Shown: in pieces, positions 1 through 13,958 of the stretch
How positions within the stretch are numbered: position 1 is the stretch's first letter
Layout of the letters: each line of letters starts with the position of its first letter
From: Vermamoeba vermiformis
Lineage: Eukaryota
Length of the DNA: 64,000 nt
Reading direction: 5' to 3'
NCBI GenBank assembly: GCA_045837725.1
Contig: JBEWZL010000209.1
Location: 62,001-126,000, forward strand
Program-made: the position numbers and the translations under genes
The notes under the pieces: model-generated
Databases searched by the model: none
Told to the model about the DNA's origin: nothing
Seen by the model: the letters and a program-made list of their open reading frames with translations, nothing else

Positions 1-206
1 ACATGTACATTAATAGTAAATATAGTATCTAGCTTTAGTATAGAATAGGATCGTAAACGCTATCAGCAACTTCAATAATTGAATCACTGCCCGTATCTTT
101 TTGGTGAACAGCGTAATTACTTCAAATCCGACAAAGTTGATATGAGAATCGAGCGATTACATCGTTATTGGTTTATTACAATCGACCGGTTAATAAATAA
201 GATGTT

Positions 207-929
207 TTAGTGGAAGAAAGCCAAGATCAAGGCAACAGCGAGCAAAACAAATGAAGGCAAGACGTTCATGCCAGCAGCGAAGCAATTGTCTGAGGCACGA
301 ATAACACCCGGGAGGTACATCTTGTTCCAGAAGTCTTGAGAGCTATCGTAAACGTTCTGGCAGTAGTTGCTGTTGGAGTTTTGTCTGCAATCTACGGACG
401 AGTTACCGTTGGTAGCGCATTCCTTGACCTCCAAGCAGGCCTTCTCGAGGGCATCATAGAAGTTGTCGCACAAACGAAGCTTCAAGCCGTCCAAGTAGGT
501 GGTAAGGAAATCAGGCTTGCAAGTAAGTCCGCAGCTCAACAAACCTTGCAAGTAAGTGCAGGTATCTAATGAAACAGTATTAGCGCATGCATGATTAAAT
601 ATAATCAAAATAAGAACAAATCAAAGTATATTTCTGGATTATAAAATAAAAAAACCGATCCACACTCACCAGGAACGCGTCTGCAGCCATCGTAGCTAGA
701 GCAGGTAGTTTCGGTGAAGGTAGCAGGGCAGCAAGTGTCAGAAGCGTATTGAGGGCAGGTAGTAGTAGCCTTACTATTCAATTACAATGAGGTCAGAATC
801 AATCTGGGGTGCGATCCGGCAAAATGCAACTTACTCGACTGAGAATGAGTTGTAGAGAATCAAGCCGCACTTGCCAGCAAAGGCAGAGAGCACGAGGCAT
901 GAGAGAACGACTAAAGTAATGGCACGCAT
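207..929 (-). CDS. Secreted, probably GPI-anchored Cys-rich protein (folate-receptor/Frizzled-like Cys pattern), 3 exons
   Basis: Signal peptide MRAITLVVLSCLVLSAFA from ATG 929. GT-AG introns at about 834-775 and 670-566. Cys pattern TCCPA..LLSCGLTCKPD..LRLCDNFYDALEKAC and a hydrophobic C-terminal tail VLPSFVLLAVALILAFFH. Confidence 0.65.
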
Positions 930-1449
930 GACTTGGATCTGATTCGAGTAGAATTGGAATGACCGTTGCAGAAGAAGTTTGATCTTTTCTGTTAATCAAG
1001 CACGTGTTTGCAGGTAAAATCACGTGAGCGTATCAAATTACATAAACTGTGCCAGGGCGGGCCGTTCAGAATCAACGACAACATCCAATTTTGAGGTTGG
1101 TTTTGCGTTGATTCCCAAAAAAACTAACACAAATCATCCGATCCGCGGCTAAATCTCCATCGAGCACAGTGCAGATGAATAACTAAGAGATACCGTGCTT
1201 TGTTGTTCAATGAAATCCGATCTTTTCAACGAAAGAGCTGGAAATGGATCTCAGTTAATTCAATTCTCAACAAGTCAATGTATTGTTACAATGATATGAG
1301 AACCATTCATTCCTGGCCAAAAAGATAATAACTTGTGTAAGTCAGGGCAGTGAAAAAAAAAAACACAAACAACGCGTCGGGCATGATTATCAAAACGCAA
1401 ATTTACAAAAATGTACAATGAATTCAAAATTAGAGCACTAGGATTACAA

Positions 1450-4225
1450 TTATTTGTTCTTAGTCGCGCGGTACATCTCGCTGCTCTTGTGACCCTCAGG
1501 CACGCCTTCTTTCACCGCGCACGCCAATCGGTTGTCCTTGTTGTCGAAGGTCACCGTGCAATGTTCGCGCAGCTCGCCAGTCAAGATCATGCGGCTGACT
1601 TGCGTCACGATGTGCTTCTCCAAGTAGCGGCGCAGAGGACGAGCACCGTAGACTGGATCGTAGGCCTGTTTCAAGATGAAGTCCGAGGCCGCAGGTGTGA
1701 TCACCACGGCGATGTCTTTGTCGGCCAAGCGCTTCTCGACTGAACGCATCTGGAGGTGCACGATGCTGTTCAAGTTGCTGCGACTGAGGGCGCTGAAGAT
1801 GACCATGTCGTCCAATCTGTTCAGGAACTCGGGTCTGAAGTGCTTCTTCACCTTGTTCATCACCTTGTCGCGGATGTGTTCGGGGATCTTGCCGTCTTCA
1901 ATCGGAGCTTCCATCAAATGCTCCGATCCCAAGTTTGATGTCATAATGATGACAGTGTTGGTGAAGTCGATCACGTGGCCTTGACCGTCGGTCAATCGTC
2001 CGTCGTCCAGAACTTGCAGCAAGACATTGAACACTTGGGGATGTGCTTTCTCGACCTCATCGAACAGCACCACGGAGTAAGGTCTGCGGCGCACTTGTTC
2101 AGTCAATTGACCACCCTCCTCAAAGCCGACGTAGCCAGGAGGAGCACCGATCAATCGTGCCACGCTGTGCTGTTCCATGTACTCGCTCATGTCGAGGCGA
2201 ATCATTTGCTTCTCGTCGTCAAACAGTTCAGCCGCGAGGGCCTTGGCGAGTTCTGTTTTACCGACACCAGTGGGACCGAGGAACAAGAACGAGCCTGTGG
2301 GTTGGTTCTCACGCGCCAGGCCAGCACGTGATCTGAGCACGGCCTCGGCGACAGCATCGACAGCCTCGTCTTGACCAATCACGCGCTTGTGGAGGTTGTC
2401 AGCGAGGTGCAAAAGTCGTTCTTTCTCGGTCTGGCTCAGCTTGGAGACGGGAATGCCAGTCCATTTGCTGACCACTTCGGCGATTTGTTCGGGGCCAACA
2501 GTCTCGACGACCAATGTGTTCTTGTCGCGGTTCTTTTGGTCTTCTTCCGTCACCTTCTGGATCTGCTTCTCGATTTCAGGCACGGCGTAGTACTTCAAGT
2601 CAGCAGCACGTGCAATGTCGTTGGCACGCTCAGCCTCGGCAATCTTGAGTTTGACACTTTCGAGCTTCTTGCGCAAGTTGGTCAAGTTCTGAACACGACC
2701 CTTCTCTTCTTCATAACGAGCCTTCAATGGCGTGATCTCGTCGTTGATCTTGTTGAGCTCTTGGCGCACAGCTTCAAGGCGCTGTTTGCTGGCAGGATCG
2801 TCTTCTTTCTCGAGGGCCACTGCTTCGACTTGCAACTGCAATTTTCTTCGTTCCAAGTTGTCAATGACTTGCGGCTGGCTGTTCAATTGCACACGCGTGT
2901 TAGCGCATGCCTCGTCGACCAAGTCAATAGCCTTGTCGGGCAAGAATCTGTTGGTGATGTAGCGTTGAGCCAGTTGCGCGGCCATGACGATGGCACTGTC
3001 GTAGATCCGGACACCGTGATGCGTCTCGTACTTCTCTTTGAGACCTCGCAAGATGGAGATTGTGTCCAGCACGCTAGGCTCTTTCACGAGCACCTGTTGG
3101 AAACGGCGCTCGAAAGCTGGATCTTTCTCGACGTGTTTGCGGTATTCGTCGAGAGTTGTGGCACCAATGCAGCGCAATTCACCACGAGCAAGCATGGGCT
3201 TCAACAAGTTAGCTGCGTCCATGGCACCGTCTGCCTTGCCGGCACCGAGCACGAGGTGGATTTCGTCAATGAAGAGGATGATGTTGCCATTAGACTCCTT
3301 GACTTCCTTCAAAACAGCCTTCAGACGCTCTTCGAAGTCACCACGGTATTTAGCACCAGCGACTAAAGCACCCATGTCCAAGGCAATGACGCGGCACTTC
3401 AAGTTTTCAGGGATGTCGCCGCGAACAATTCTCGAGGCCAAGCCTTCAACGATGGCTGTTTTACCGACACCAGGCTCACCAATGAGGACTGGATTGTTCT
3501 TTGTTCTTCGGGATAATACGTTGATAACACGGCGAATTTCCTCGTCTCGACCAATGACGGGATCGAGTTTGCCTTCTTCTGCGAGCGATACCAAGTCTTG
3601 ACCGTACTTGGAAAGGGCCTCGTATGTTTCTTCTGCGTGTTTACTATCTACTTTCTTGTTACCGCGAACCTAAGAAGATATTTTAGCATACTGAAACCAA
3701 AAAAACATTTCATGAAAAATAGTGAAATCTGATCAGTACATACCTCTTTGACAGCGGCTTCGAGTCTTCCTTTATCGAGACCAGCCTCTTTGTAAATATT
3801 TGAAATATCTCTGTCGTCGGCAGAAGCCAAAATTAAGTGATCTACAGCCATGTGGCTGTCACCATTTTTCTTTTGGATGTCAGCAGCGCTTCTCAACAGT
3901 CTAAGCAATGAGGAGCTAGGATTGACCTCGCTAAATTTCAAATATTAGTCCCAATTCTCAAATTTCATAAAAGAATTACTTACGTTGGAGGTGGATCTTG
4001 AGCAGTCATCCGGACCAAAAGTTTGTTCAATCCGCGTTCCACTGACTGTGGTTGGCCTCCAGCCTTTGTGATAATTCTCTTGAGCAAGCCATCAGCGTCT
4101 TCGTACATGGCCTTGACTAAGTGAGCAGGAACCAGCTCGACGTGTGAAGAGGAACGAGCCAGATCTTGGGCGGCCACCAAGACGCTGTTGGTCTTCTCTG
4201 TAAAGTTCTTGGGATCCAAACTCAT
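1450..4225 (-). CDS. HSP101: Hsp101/Hsp104 (ClpB-type) AAA+ disaggregase, 3 exons
   Basis: Clp-N domain ([12 protein letters not shown]...), Walker A motifs GEPGVGKT and [14 protein letters not shown], coiled-coil M domain, [16 protein letters not shown]. Confidence 0.97.
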
Positions 4226-5109
4226 GTTGTATTCTTGTTGAAAATATAGTTACTGAATGTTTGCCGGGCCAAAAAAGTGGCTTTTAAGGCTGTTTTTCTG
4301 ATATTTGGGATGTTTCAGTAAAATTTGCACGGGATGCTGCGGAATTCTCAATGAAATCCGGAGCAGTGTGGGGTCGTGGCATCGTTTCAGGACGGTTAAT
4401 GAAAAATATATATCGGAGTTATGTGGCACATGCAACAGAAGAATTAAAATAATTGCTGCAAAATCCTGAGGCAGTATCTGCTGATCGATCAACCACAAAA
4501 CCCGGTAACAAATATTCTCGGAATAATTTAACTAAAATGGCGATTAATTACCTCAATACTATCGCTACCCGAATATTTGCAAAATTGAATTTTGTCTGCT
4601 TTTGAATTGTTATTTTTGATTTTAAAATCAACTGTTGCGCAACGAGCGTTGTAGTTTTAACTAATTATTTCCTAAATTCCTCGCCAATACTGCTTTGTTG
4701 TTAAATAAGCGGCTTGTCCAACTAGTTGCTAGGAAGGGTTCGCACGCCGATGTGGATCCAATCGTTTGTTGTATTTTAAAGTCATCTTATGCACGGGATT
4801 CGTATGAAGTGCGTTTAGTAATCAAAGACAATTGAGGGATATTACTGGCTGCAATCTCAGCGCAATCTTGAAACACAAAAAAAGCTGACGAATCAGAGAG
4901 CGTTTAAAAACGAGTTAAGTCGCGATTGGTCAGTTAAGTCATGGTTCTTGCCTCTTTTTATGGTCTGTCCGTTTTTTATTTGAAAATCTCAACTAAACCG
5001 ATTACCAGAACCTCAAGCAAGCCCGCCTTACTTGAAAAACAACGGTTTTAAATATCTTCAAACGCACCTGTTTAATCAATCAAATTAACAAAGCCAACAA
5101 CAAAACACA

Positions 5110-6095
5110 ATGCCAGATTACAAAATTGTCGTTCTCGGTCTCGGAGGTGTCGGTAAATCCGCCTTGACTGTAAGTTAATGCTCTTTTATGTACTGGTTGT
5201 GCTATTATAATTATCAACCGTGTACCAACCGACTTCAGTTGGTCTGATTTGCTAACATATTGTTATTTTAATAGGTCCAATTCGTCCAAGGTATCTTCTT
5301 GGTTAAGGTAAATATAATTTTGCTTGTTTTTGAGTTTTTTTGAAATTTATTAGACCGTTTTTTGATTTGTTTCAAATGCGGTTTGTAATTGAATTGCATG
5401 GCGGTTAGTTCAAAACATAATAAGCAGATAATTAATAAATTGTATTATAGTACGACCCTACTATTGAGGACTCATACCGCAAGTTGGTTGAAGTCGACGG
5501 GGAACAATACATGCTTGAGATTTTGGATACTGCCGGTACTGTAAGTATTCTATTAATATGATATCGTGTTATTAAAATAATAGGCAATTAATTACATGTG
5601 TTCAAGTGGAAGCTACCGATTTTTTTAACTTTAAAAAATTGTCCGTTACATCGAAGAAACGAATGCAAAATATTATTTCGGTTGTACTAATTCAATTTAT
5701 TGTAGGAACAATTCACTGCTATGAGAGATTTGTACATGAAGAACGGCCAAGGTTTCGTTTTGGTTTACTCTATTATTGCTGCTTCAACCTTCAACGACAT
5801 CCCCGATTTGAGAGATCAAATTCTCCGTGTCAAGGACGCCCAAAGCGTTCCTATGGTTTTGGTTGGCAACAAGTCTGACTTGCAAGATCAACGTGTCGTT
5901 ACCACCGAACAAGGAGAGAAGCTTGCCAAGCAATTCAACTGCACTTTCCTCGAGGCTTCCGCCAAGACCAAGCAAAACGTCGAAGCTATTTTCTACGACT
6001 TGGTCCGACAAATTAACAAGGCTAACCCCGTTGGAACCAAGGAAAAGGCTAAGGCTGGCTCCAGCAGCCGCAGAGGTCGTTGCCTCATCTTGTAA
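5110..6095 (+). CDS. RAP1: Rap1-family small GTPase, 4 exons
   Basis: Spliced protein [42 protein letters not shown]...[22 protein letters not shown] carries the Rap-specific T61 and K31, NKSD, EASAK and a CAAX box CLIL. Confidence 0.93.
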
Positions 6096-6457
6096 ATTAA
6101 CTCCGATGGAAACGACTTCCACCTTATTTAATTTGAATATTCGCAGTATTTTTTTGAAGGCTTGACAACCTAACCTTTGTACGTTAAAAAACGGTTGATG
6201 TAACATTATGCTAATAAATTATTATTTGTTAATAACTCCGGTCTTCTTCAAGATCTCCTCTTGTCTTTAGTATACCTTGCAACTTCACGGCCGATGAGTA
6301 GGCCTACAAATCGAGTTTAATGTGGCAGACTCGCTCGTGTAGCAGCTCGTTTTGCGTGCTGCCAGTGTTCGGCATTTGCAACTGCGCACCTGGAAGAGAA
6401 AACACGCAAGAATAATTACGGAACGAGTGTAATTATTATCTTGCCTCCTTCTATACA

Positions 6458-9400
6458 ATGGACCATAATTTAAAGGAGCCTCTGCTAATCAATACGAGCA
6501 GCAATAATAATAATGGGCGCCCATCCGTCGATCTGGATGAAGAGCTACCGCCATTAGTATCGCGGTTCAGTGTTCATGCGCCGGCTGAAAGGCTTAGTCC
6601 TCGTGATATGATGCGAAATACGGTGGAATTGCTGAGCGAGGAGGTACGATCGGCATCTTAAACCAAACTGTGGAACTTTACTAATTATATTTATAGACGT
6701 TAATTCGCGCATCGTTTTTATTGGATGGTAAGATTGATATTTAGAATCACGTACAAAGACAGTAGCAATAAATTATTACGGATTGCGTGGTGTCTAGCGC
6801 TCTACCGCTCAATACTAATGAATATTTAGACGCGATAAATCACCGATTTGAAGAAAGAAAGCAGGATGCCGACTCTCTTAGGTAACTAGCGCTATTAATG
6901 AAAGATTTTGAAATTTCTTCGCTCAGATCTGACGATAATTCTCCACAGGATTTATGGAATATACAGAAAAATGAGAGATTATTGGCTCTTTAGATCCTTC
7001 GTATTATTACACATGTTAATGATATTTTTTGAGCCTCCTGAGGTTTGGTAAGCATTTAACGGCCTATTAAATGAGTACTATTTTCTTTAATCGTTAATTC
7101 ATTAAATGATTGAAATTTGATCGCTATACAATTTATTTCCGTAGATAAAACGCAGGCCGATGTTTTTGGAATTAAATCGAGAGATCCCTAATGAATTATA
7201 ATTGTTGCGGCCTTCCAATCATTATTTTAACCATATTAATCAATACTTTGAGCATATACACGACATACTTCTAGAACCCCGGAACATTTGGGGTTATTTT
7301 CGGACAGCAAATGTGTCACATTAGGACACTTTCGTTTTTGCGTTTCTATAATTAACGGCTAAATCTTTTTTTTATGCAGGAAAATACCCTCAGCAGTTGT
7401 AGTCGTTGTTATATTGTTGGCTTTGGTCGTTTATTCCGTAGATCTGCTAATACGAGCTCGATTCATGAAAGATCCGATTCTACGGCAGCCTTGGAGTGTG
7501 ATCCAATTAATTGCAATTTCAGTACGTCTCATTGATAATCTGTACTATTTGATGTTAATAGAGCTCTATTGCAGCTATCTTTAGCGGATCTGATTATCTG
7601 GCAAACAGCGCCCATCTACCTGCGCATTGGTCAATACGTCAGACCGTTCTTCGTGCTGATATTTTTTCCGTCAGTTCGCCAGGCATTTTGGCAAGTCAAA
7701 GTCGCGATGAAAGAAATGTTGCAAGTGCTGGCCATGATTCTCTTCGTCATGTTATTTTTCTCGTTGTTCTTTGTCATCATGTTCAAGGACAGGTACGTTC
7801 ATACTATTATCATATTGAAGCATACTAATCATATTAATGTACTAGCACTATCGGCCCGATGCACTTCCAGAACTATTTCCGAAGTTTTATTAGTTTGTTT
7901 GTCTTATTCAATCTTGGTAAGTAGCTCACTCAATCGTATTATTGCCGCGAATACGAATCTAATCCATTTTTTTACTTACAGCAAACTATCCCGAAGTAAT
8001 GTGAGTGCACTATAAATGGATTATATGGTGGGGCGAACATTATAACAACATATTTTTATTTGAATAGGAGCCCTTCGTTCAATGATAATTACGCTACATT
8101 GATCCCCTTCATGGTCTACGTTGTTATTTCAGCATTTTTCTTGAAGAATTTGTTGCTCGGTGTGTTGTACAACTTTTACAAGATCAACGTCGAGGTACCA
8201 CTTCACGATCAATGTTTAGCCTATATAATTATCGTATTAATGTACTTTTTATAGGAACAAGTACGACGAGGCATTGAGCTCGAGAACAGATTGTTGCGCC
8301 GTGCATTTGATATGCTGGATCCGAAGGGCAGCGGCATCATCAACGAGGGAACGTGGACTATGTTGTTCAGATACTTGCGCCCTTCATATTCTAAAGTCAA
8401 GGTGGCACTCTTATTCAAAATTCTCGATGAAGACAGCAGCACTACCATTAGTATCCTTAAAATATGAACGAAAAGTGCCTCATATCGAAACTCCTTCAAT
8501 TTTATTTTCTTTGATTTACATGAACAGAATACAAAGAGTTTCAACGTATTGTCGAGCTCTTATCGCTCAAATTGACGTACAAGAGCATTGGACAGAACGT
8601 CTTTTCGAAGAAGTGCCCGCGCTTTTACAACGCGCGCGTCATCAAGAAAATTCGCAAAGGCATTAAGAGCATGTAAGTGTTCAATTATAGAGGTTTATTA
8701 TAGATGTCGATACTAACACTTAATGCAGCTATTTTACGATATTTGTTGACTTGATGATTCTTGCCAATGCTATTTACGTCGCCATCCAAGAACAATTGAC
8801 TGATGAGTAAGTTCAATGCCGACTACAATACGAAATGCAAGTATTAATATCTAATATAGGAGTGAGTTGCCTGAAGCCGGATTTTACCGTTCAATTTCAA
8901 TTTGGGAGTTTTCATTCTTCTGCGGCTACGCGTTGGAAATTATTTTGAAAATATTCGCGTTTGGATTTAGAAAGTACTTCAGATCATTATGGAATAGGTA
9001 TTGACTTAATATACAATATTATTGCTATATGAGTGCTAATGTTATTCATAGATTCGACTGTTTGTTGATCGTTGGATCTGCTGTCGCAATTATTGTTTCA
9101 GCAGTCGATTTCGAAAGCCGTAAGCGATGCCGTGTTATTTATGATACTATGGCACCATAATATTCATATTATACTTTTTAGAGCTTCAACTGCAATTCTT
9201 CAGAAGTTTGTTGCTGTTACGAGTGTTGCGATTGGCCAAATGGTTCTCAAAGCTAGAGCGATTCAAAGTCATTGTTGGTACGTTATATAATTACATTAAT
9301 ATAATAGTGACATATGGTCCTAATAATATTATTGTAGCGACCATCTATCAAATTGCCCCGACAATGGCCACTTTCAGCGGTGTACTGATTGTAAGTTAAC

Positions 9401-10321
9401 TTTGCAATAATTTATCAGCCCCGGCATTAATATTTCCTAATTAGGCTGTTTTCTTCTGGTTCTCAGCGATCGGCATGTCAATTTGGGCTGGAAAAATCTA
9501 CGAAGACATGCCCGAATTGATCAACACCGAATTTGCAGCCATGAGTCTGTGGCGCATTGGGTAAGTTAGTCTTTGCAAGTATTTATCGGTGCTAATTGAT
9601 CTATTTTTAGCTTTAACAACGTCATCGAGTCAGCTGCAATGTTGTTCACGCTAATGACAGTCAATAACTGGCACTGTATGTCCAAGACCTCGACGGAAAA
9701 ATATTTGCAATATTAACGCGCTCTATATTTAGTGCTCGCTGCTGCTCATGAAACTGTCTCGACACCATTCGCGTGGATCTACTTCTGCGTGTTTATTTTC
9801 TACGTGTCCACGGTGATGATGAGCGTCGTGTCCGCCTTCACAGTCGATGCATTTGTCGTGCAATGGACGATCATCAAAGACCGCACTAAGAGCCCCGTAC
9901 AGCTGCGCATTGAACAATTGAGCACGATTTAGTAAGTGACACCGAGATGTCAAAAATGACACCTTGACACGTGTCAAATGTTGTGAAGTGTCGTGTTATT
10001 GACCTGTTTGTTCACAGTCGCGATCAGAACTCGGACAAAGAAGGCATATTTATGGACCAAGAAGGCGAGCACAAGAGAGTTTGGACCGTTATTCCCAACT
10101 ACAACATTTTCCAACTGACGCGCACTGTCATCGAAGAGGGTGATCTCGAGTCTGCAAATGAAGAACTGCGCAAGAGTGCTGTGATGAATATTAGCAGTGT
10201 GATTGGCAATCAGCTCTTTGCGAACAATTTCCCGCCCTCGCCACTCAGCGGCAGTCCTCAAGTTCAAAGCAGCATCAATTTGTCGAGCACCCCGCCAAAT
10301 GATTCACGGTCAACTTTTTAG
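6458..10321 (+). CDS. TPC: Two-pore cation channel (TPC), many short exons
   Basis: Two 6TM repeats with S4 motifs (YLRIGQYVRPFF; LLLLRVLRLAKWF), pore loops LFVLFNLANYPEVM and LFTLMTVNNWH, an inter-domain EF-hand (RRAFDMLDPKGSGII) and an N-terminal EPLL dileucine signal. Confidence 0.9.
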
Positions 10322-10412
10322 TGAAACAAATTCAATGTCTCATTTCTTGTAATAAATAGTTTATTTTTCATGTATAAATGAACCTTTATTGGTTACCAGT
10401 AAACGCACTCGA

Positions 10413-12126
10413 TCATTCAAAGGCCAGTTTAGTCAATCCACGCAATTCGTTGCTGTACTTGTGAGGGTTCAGAACGCTCAAATAAGTCAACTGTTTCAAG
10501 TTCGTCAACGCCACGACATCGCGCATGGTAATCATCGAGTTCTTGAGATCTAAGTGCTCAAGCGCGGTAAGAGGTGCGAGCCAGTCGAGCGTCTGATAAT
10601 CAAACTTTGGGAGGCAGATGTGCGTCAAGCGAGTCAAGCACGATAAGGAATTCGATTCGAACGGCTCGTCAAAGTCCAATGTCAAATGGTTCAGATTGGT
10701 CAAGCGAGCCACATCTGCAATCGCATCGGTATTGAGTTTTGTATTCAATTGCGTATTGATTTTCGCATTCAATTGTTCCAAGTTTGTCAGGGCAGTCCAT
10801 CCATTCATCGTGTTGCTATTGGTCAGGTCTGCGTGTAATATCTTCAATCGTGTCAATCGTTCAACAGACTTGCACTGTGCCTTGACCAGCACGAGACGTG
10901 TCAAAAGTGTCAAAGTGTCAATGCCTCCAACGAGCACTACTGTGGTTGAGTGGACTTGCAACGCCTCTAATCGCGTCAATCGCGTCAATTCATTCTTGAA
11001 CATGCTCGTATTGTTAATGCTGACGCTGAGTTCTTTGAGCAGGTGTGGCTTGAAGTGCTGGATGCACTCTGCGTCATCGCGCGTAACTTGTAATATCGTA
11101 GCTGAGACTAGTGGCAGTTTTGATATGAATGATATCGCCTTGACGAACCTATTGTCAGTGTGGCTGATGCTGAGTACTTTCAGTTTTGTTAGTCTCGAAT
11201 AGCTCGACAGATCCTCGGCTTCATCAGGTCGGTGGTGGCCAAAACATCCTTTGCTGAGCTCTAATCGCGTCAATCGCGTCAATTCTGACACGACAGAGGG
11301 GTGTATTCGCGACTCCATCGTGAGAGACTCGAGTTCGGTCAGGTCTGGCAACTCTTCGGAGAAGTCACCGCCGCCATGCACTGTCAGTACTTTAAGGCGC
11401 CGCAAGTTTGACGTGTCAATATGACGTGCAAACCAATGCATGTGCTCGAGGACTAATTTAGTCAAGTTTGTCGAGTTTAACTGCAGGTCATCCGGAACAT
11501 AGGTGTCTTGGTGACAGAGGTGCAGCTCTTCGAGGTTTGTTAGATTGGTGAGCTGTGGACTGGAATCAATGATGTTAAGGCGCGTCAGATTATGAAATGA
11601 GTTTAAGGCCTTTGTATTGGCGGAGCGCACATCCAAAGATTGCAAATTATTGAGCCTTGTTTAGAGCGATAATGCGTCTGACGGGTGTTTCAATTCAGCA
11701 ATATTCAAGCGGTAAATATCTAAATGACTCAATTCTGCGAATATTTGTAAGAGATTCGTCGTCGCTGATTTTTTTGCTGTATTTCTTATTTCGATCGAGA
11801 TGTGGCGCAGGTGACGTAGCGGTTTAAGAACTGAATGGGCATTTTCTGGTTGTAGATTATAAAATATAAATCGCTTATTGCTTATTACTGCGAAGTACGT
11901 ATGGCAAGTTGAGCGCAAGGCCAAAGTTGTTTTTGGATCTGCTAAATTACCAATGTGTGCTATTATTTCCAAGGGCAACTCCTTAATTATAAATAATTAT
12001 GTTAATTTTAAATGTAATTATGAGCGAAACGCTATTGGCGTCGGATCGCAAGGAGCGACTAAAAATGACTTCTGCTCTTGTGTAAATCAATATTGAAATA
12101 ATGTACATATTATGCCAACATACCAT
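10413..12126 (-). pseudogene. F-box + LRR protein interrupted by an in-frame TAA (probable pseudogene, or a sequence error)
   Basis: ATG-only exon 12126-12124, intron 12123-11982, then ELPLEIIAHIG (F-box) and LTRLT-type LRRs. TAA at 11663-11661 lies between two same-frame ORFs (..ALSL*TRLNNLQSLDV). Paralogue of 19859-21610. Confidence 0.7.
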
Positions 12127-12320
12127 TATAATTTTGTCTTGTGACTGCTGAGCTCACATGCATGATCACTGGGCAAAACTGCGCAAAAGATTTGGCGTCC
12201 AAACTAAATAAAGTTAATAAAAAGTTTATTTCTGCGTGCTCTTTACAAAAGAAAACAAGTAACGACTTAGCCAACTTATTATATAACACAATAGTAGTAA
12301 TTAATTTGTGTAAATTAAAA

Positions 12321-13511
12321 ATGCACTTCTCTGGTAAATTGAGGTAAGGAAAGAAAGAGGTAATCCGGTTTAATAACGAATAATGCAGATTACTTCACAT
12401 ATTGCTTCTACTATTCATTGTGTCGGTCATATCTCAGCCATATCCGACCGACTACGCAAATAATCAGCGATCTAGCTTGGTAAACACAGTAACAACTACA
12501 GGTTATAATCAGCCCAGATGGAACATATCCTTAGGAATGGCCAATAACAACCCAAATATATTAATTGGTGCTAATTCTTTATACGTTGCCTCCTCGACAA
12601 TCGGACTGCTCTCGATCAACTTGGCGGATGGTTCACAAAATTGGGTATTTACACGCTCAGGGTTCGTAGGAGGTCCTCATCTGCTGTTACCTGACGAGAG
12701 GACTCTTGTCGTATTTGGAGATGCCTTGTACGTGGTTAGCAGTGCAGGAGATGAGATCGCATCCATTCCTGTTCCATTTCGCTGCGACGCTATCTATTGC
12801 GGTAATGTCATTATTGTTGTAACTTGGTTTGAACTTAACACCACTGTAACTGGCTACTCCTCTTCTGATTTTCAACAAATATGGCAAACGTTCATCCCTG
12901 CATCTGCTGGCTGTACCCAAGGCGACACAATGCTGTTATCAACAGACGATAATACATTATTGTATGTCCATTGCAGAAATATTGGCACGAGCATTCTTGC
13001 GCAAACAGGTTCCATCAAATCGACGCTGATCTACCCTGAACCGATGCGAAACAGAGCTATAATCACGCGAAATGGTCAATATGGATACCTGCAGACACAA
13101 AATGGCCTTACCTCCAAATACGACCTCAGTTCTGGTGCACCGCTGTGGGGATGTTACGACTGCAACATTGCAGCTTTGAGTGATGACGAAAGCATCTTTT
13201 ATATGGAACAGTACCGTAATGGACGTTTCTTTGTGGATGGACTATCGGCATTGAACGGCGAAAAAGTGTTCACCTCGCACGTGTGCAGCCGAGGGGATCC
13301 TTTCCAGTACTCGGTGATTCTGGGTCGTAATAATGTTTTGGCCCTAGGATCGCAGTGTGGTATTAGCACTGAAACTGGAGAGTTAATATGGCGAGGTCAT
13401 ATGGACAGCTTTAAATTTAACGGTGGAGGTTCCTTGAGCATAGATGCGCAAGGTAATTTGTACGGTGCGTGGCGGCCAGATTCAGGGGAAAGTACCCTGA
13501 TCGGATTTTGA
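12321..13511 (+). CDS. Secreted PQQ-like/BamB-like beta-propeller protein
   Basis: MHFSGKLR|LLHILLLLFIVSVIS signal (intron 12344-12388) and repeated G..W propeller motifs (INLADGSQNWVF, YDLSSGAPLW, STETGELIW). Confidence 0.65.
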
Positions 13512-13958
13512 TGAACGGTATCTATCAATGTTACTCAGGTTTGCTTGTACTCTGTACGTTTGAAAATAAAAGCGATACCTCTTGTTACGCTAGAGTGTCC
13601 AATTAACTGATATTGATACTCAATTGTTATGTTAGGTCATATTTCCTAGTTAACGCTTTGCCAGCAAAATCGACGATTCGGGGACACCCATAATATCAAC
13701 GATCGCGATCCCAAATGGAGGAATACAGTCCATGACACAATAGCCTGACAAACGCATTGCGTGACGGTGGCTGAGGTTGCGGGATTGTGTTGCAGGAACA
13801 CAATGGCAAATTTGTGCTGCCAAAAAAAAAGCTCCTGCTAATTGTGGTCAAAGATTTTTTTTGCCTGTTTTGACCCTGTTTTACACGTGGCCCAGTTAGT
13901 AAACTAAAATGGATCAAATTTCAAAATCGGTACACATGAAAACAAGTCTAAGCATATT

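Noticed and set aside
1411-3601. Long antisense ORFs over Hsp101 (similarly over CHD and the flippase)
   Set aside because: These are shadow ORFs caused by codon bias of the sense gene, with no recognisable motifs.
4330-4530. Heat-shock elements upstream of Hsp101
   Set aside because: Only partial GAA/TTC units, with no clean triple nGAAn array that I can support.
7048-7379. snoRNA in the unusually long TPC intron
   Set aside because: No convincing C/D or H/ACA box arrangement was seen.
11661-11663. TAA reassignment (alternative genetic code)
   Set aside because: TAA, TAG and TGA all terminate conserved genes here (Hsp101 and Rap1 TAA, PBDC1 TAG, quinone oxidoreductase TGA), and I saw no other in-frame stops in conserved exons.
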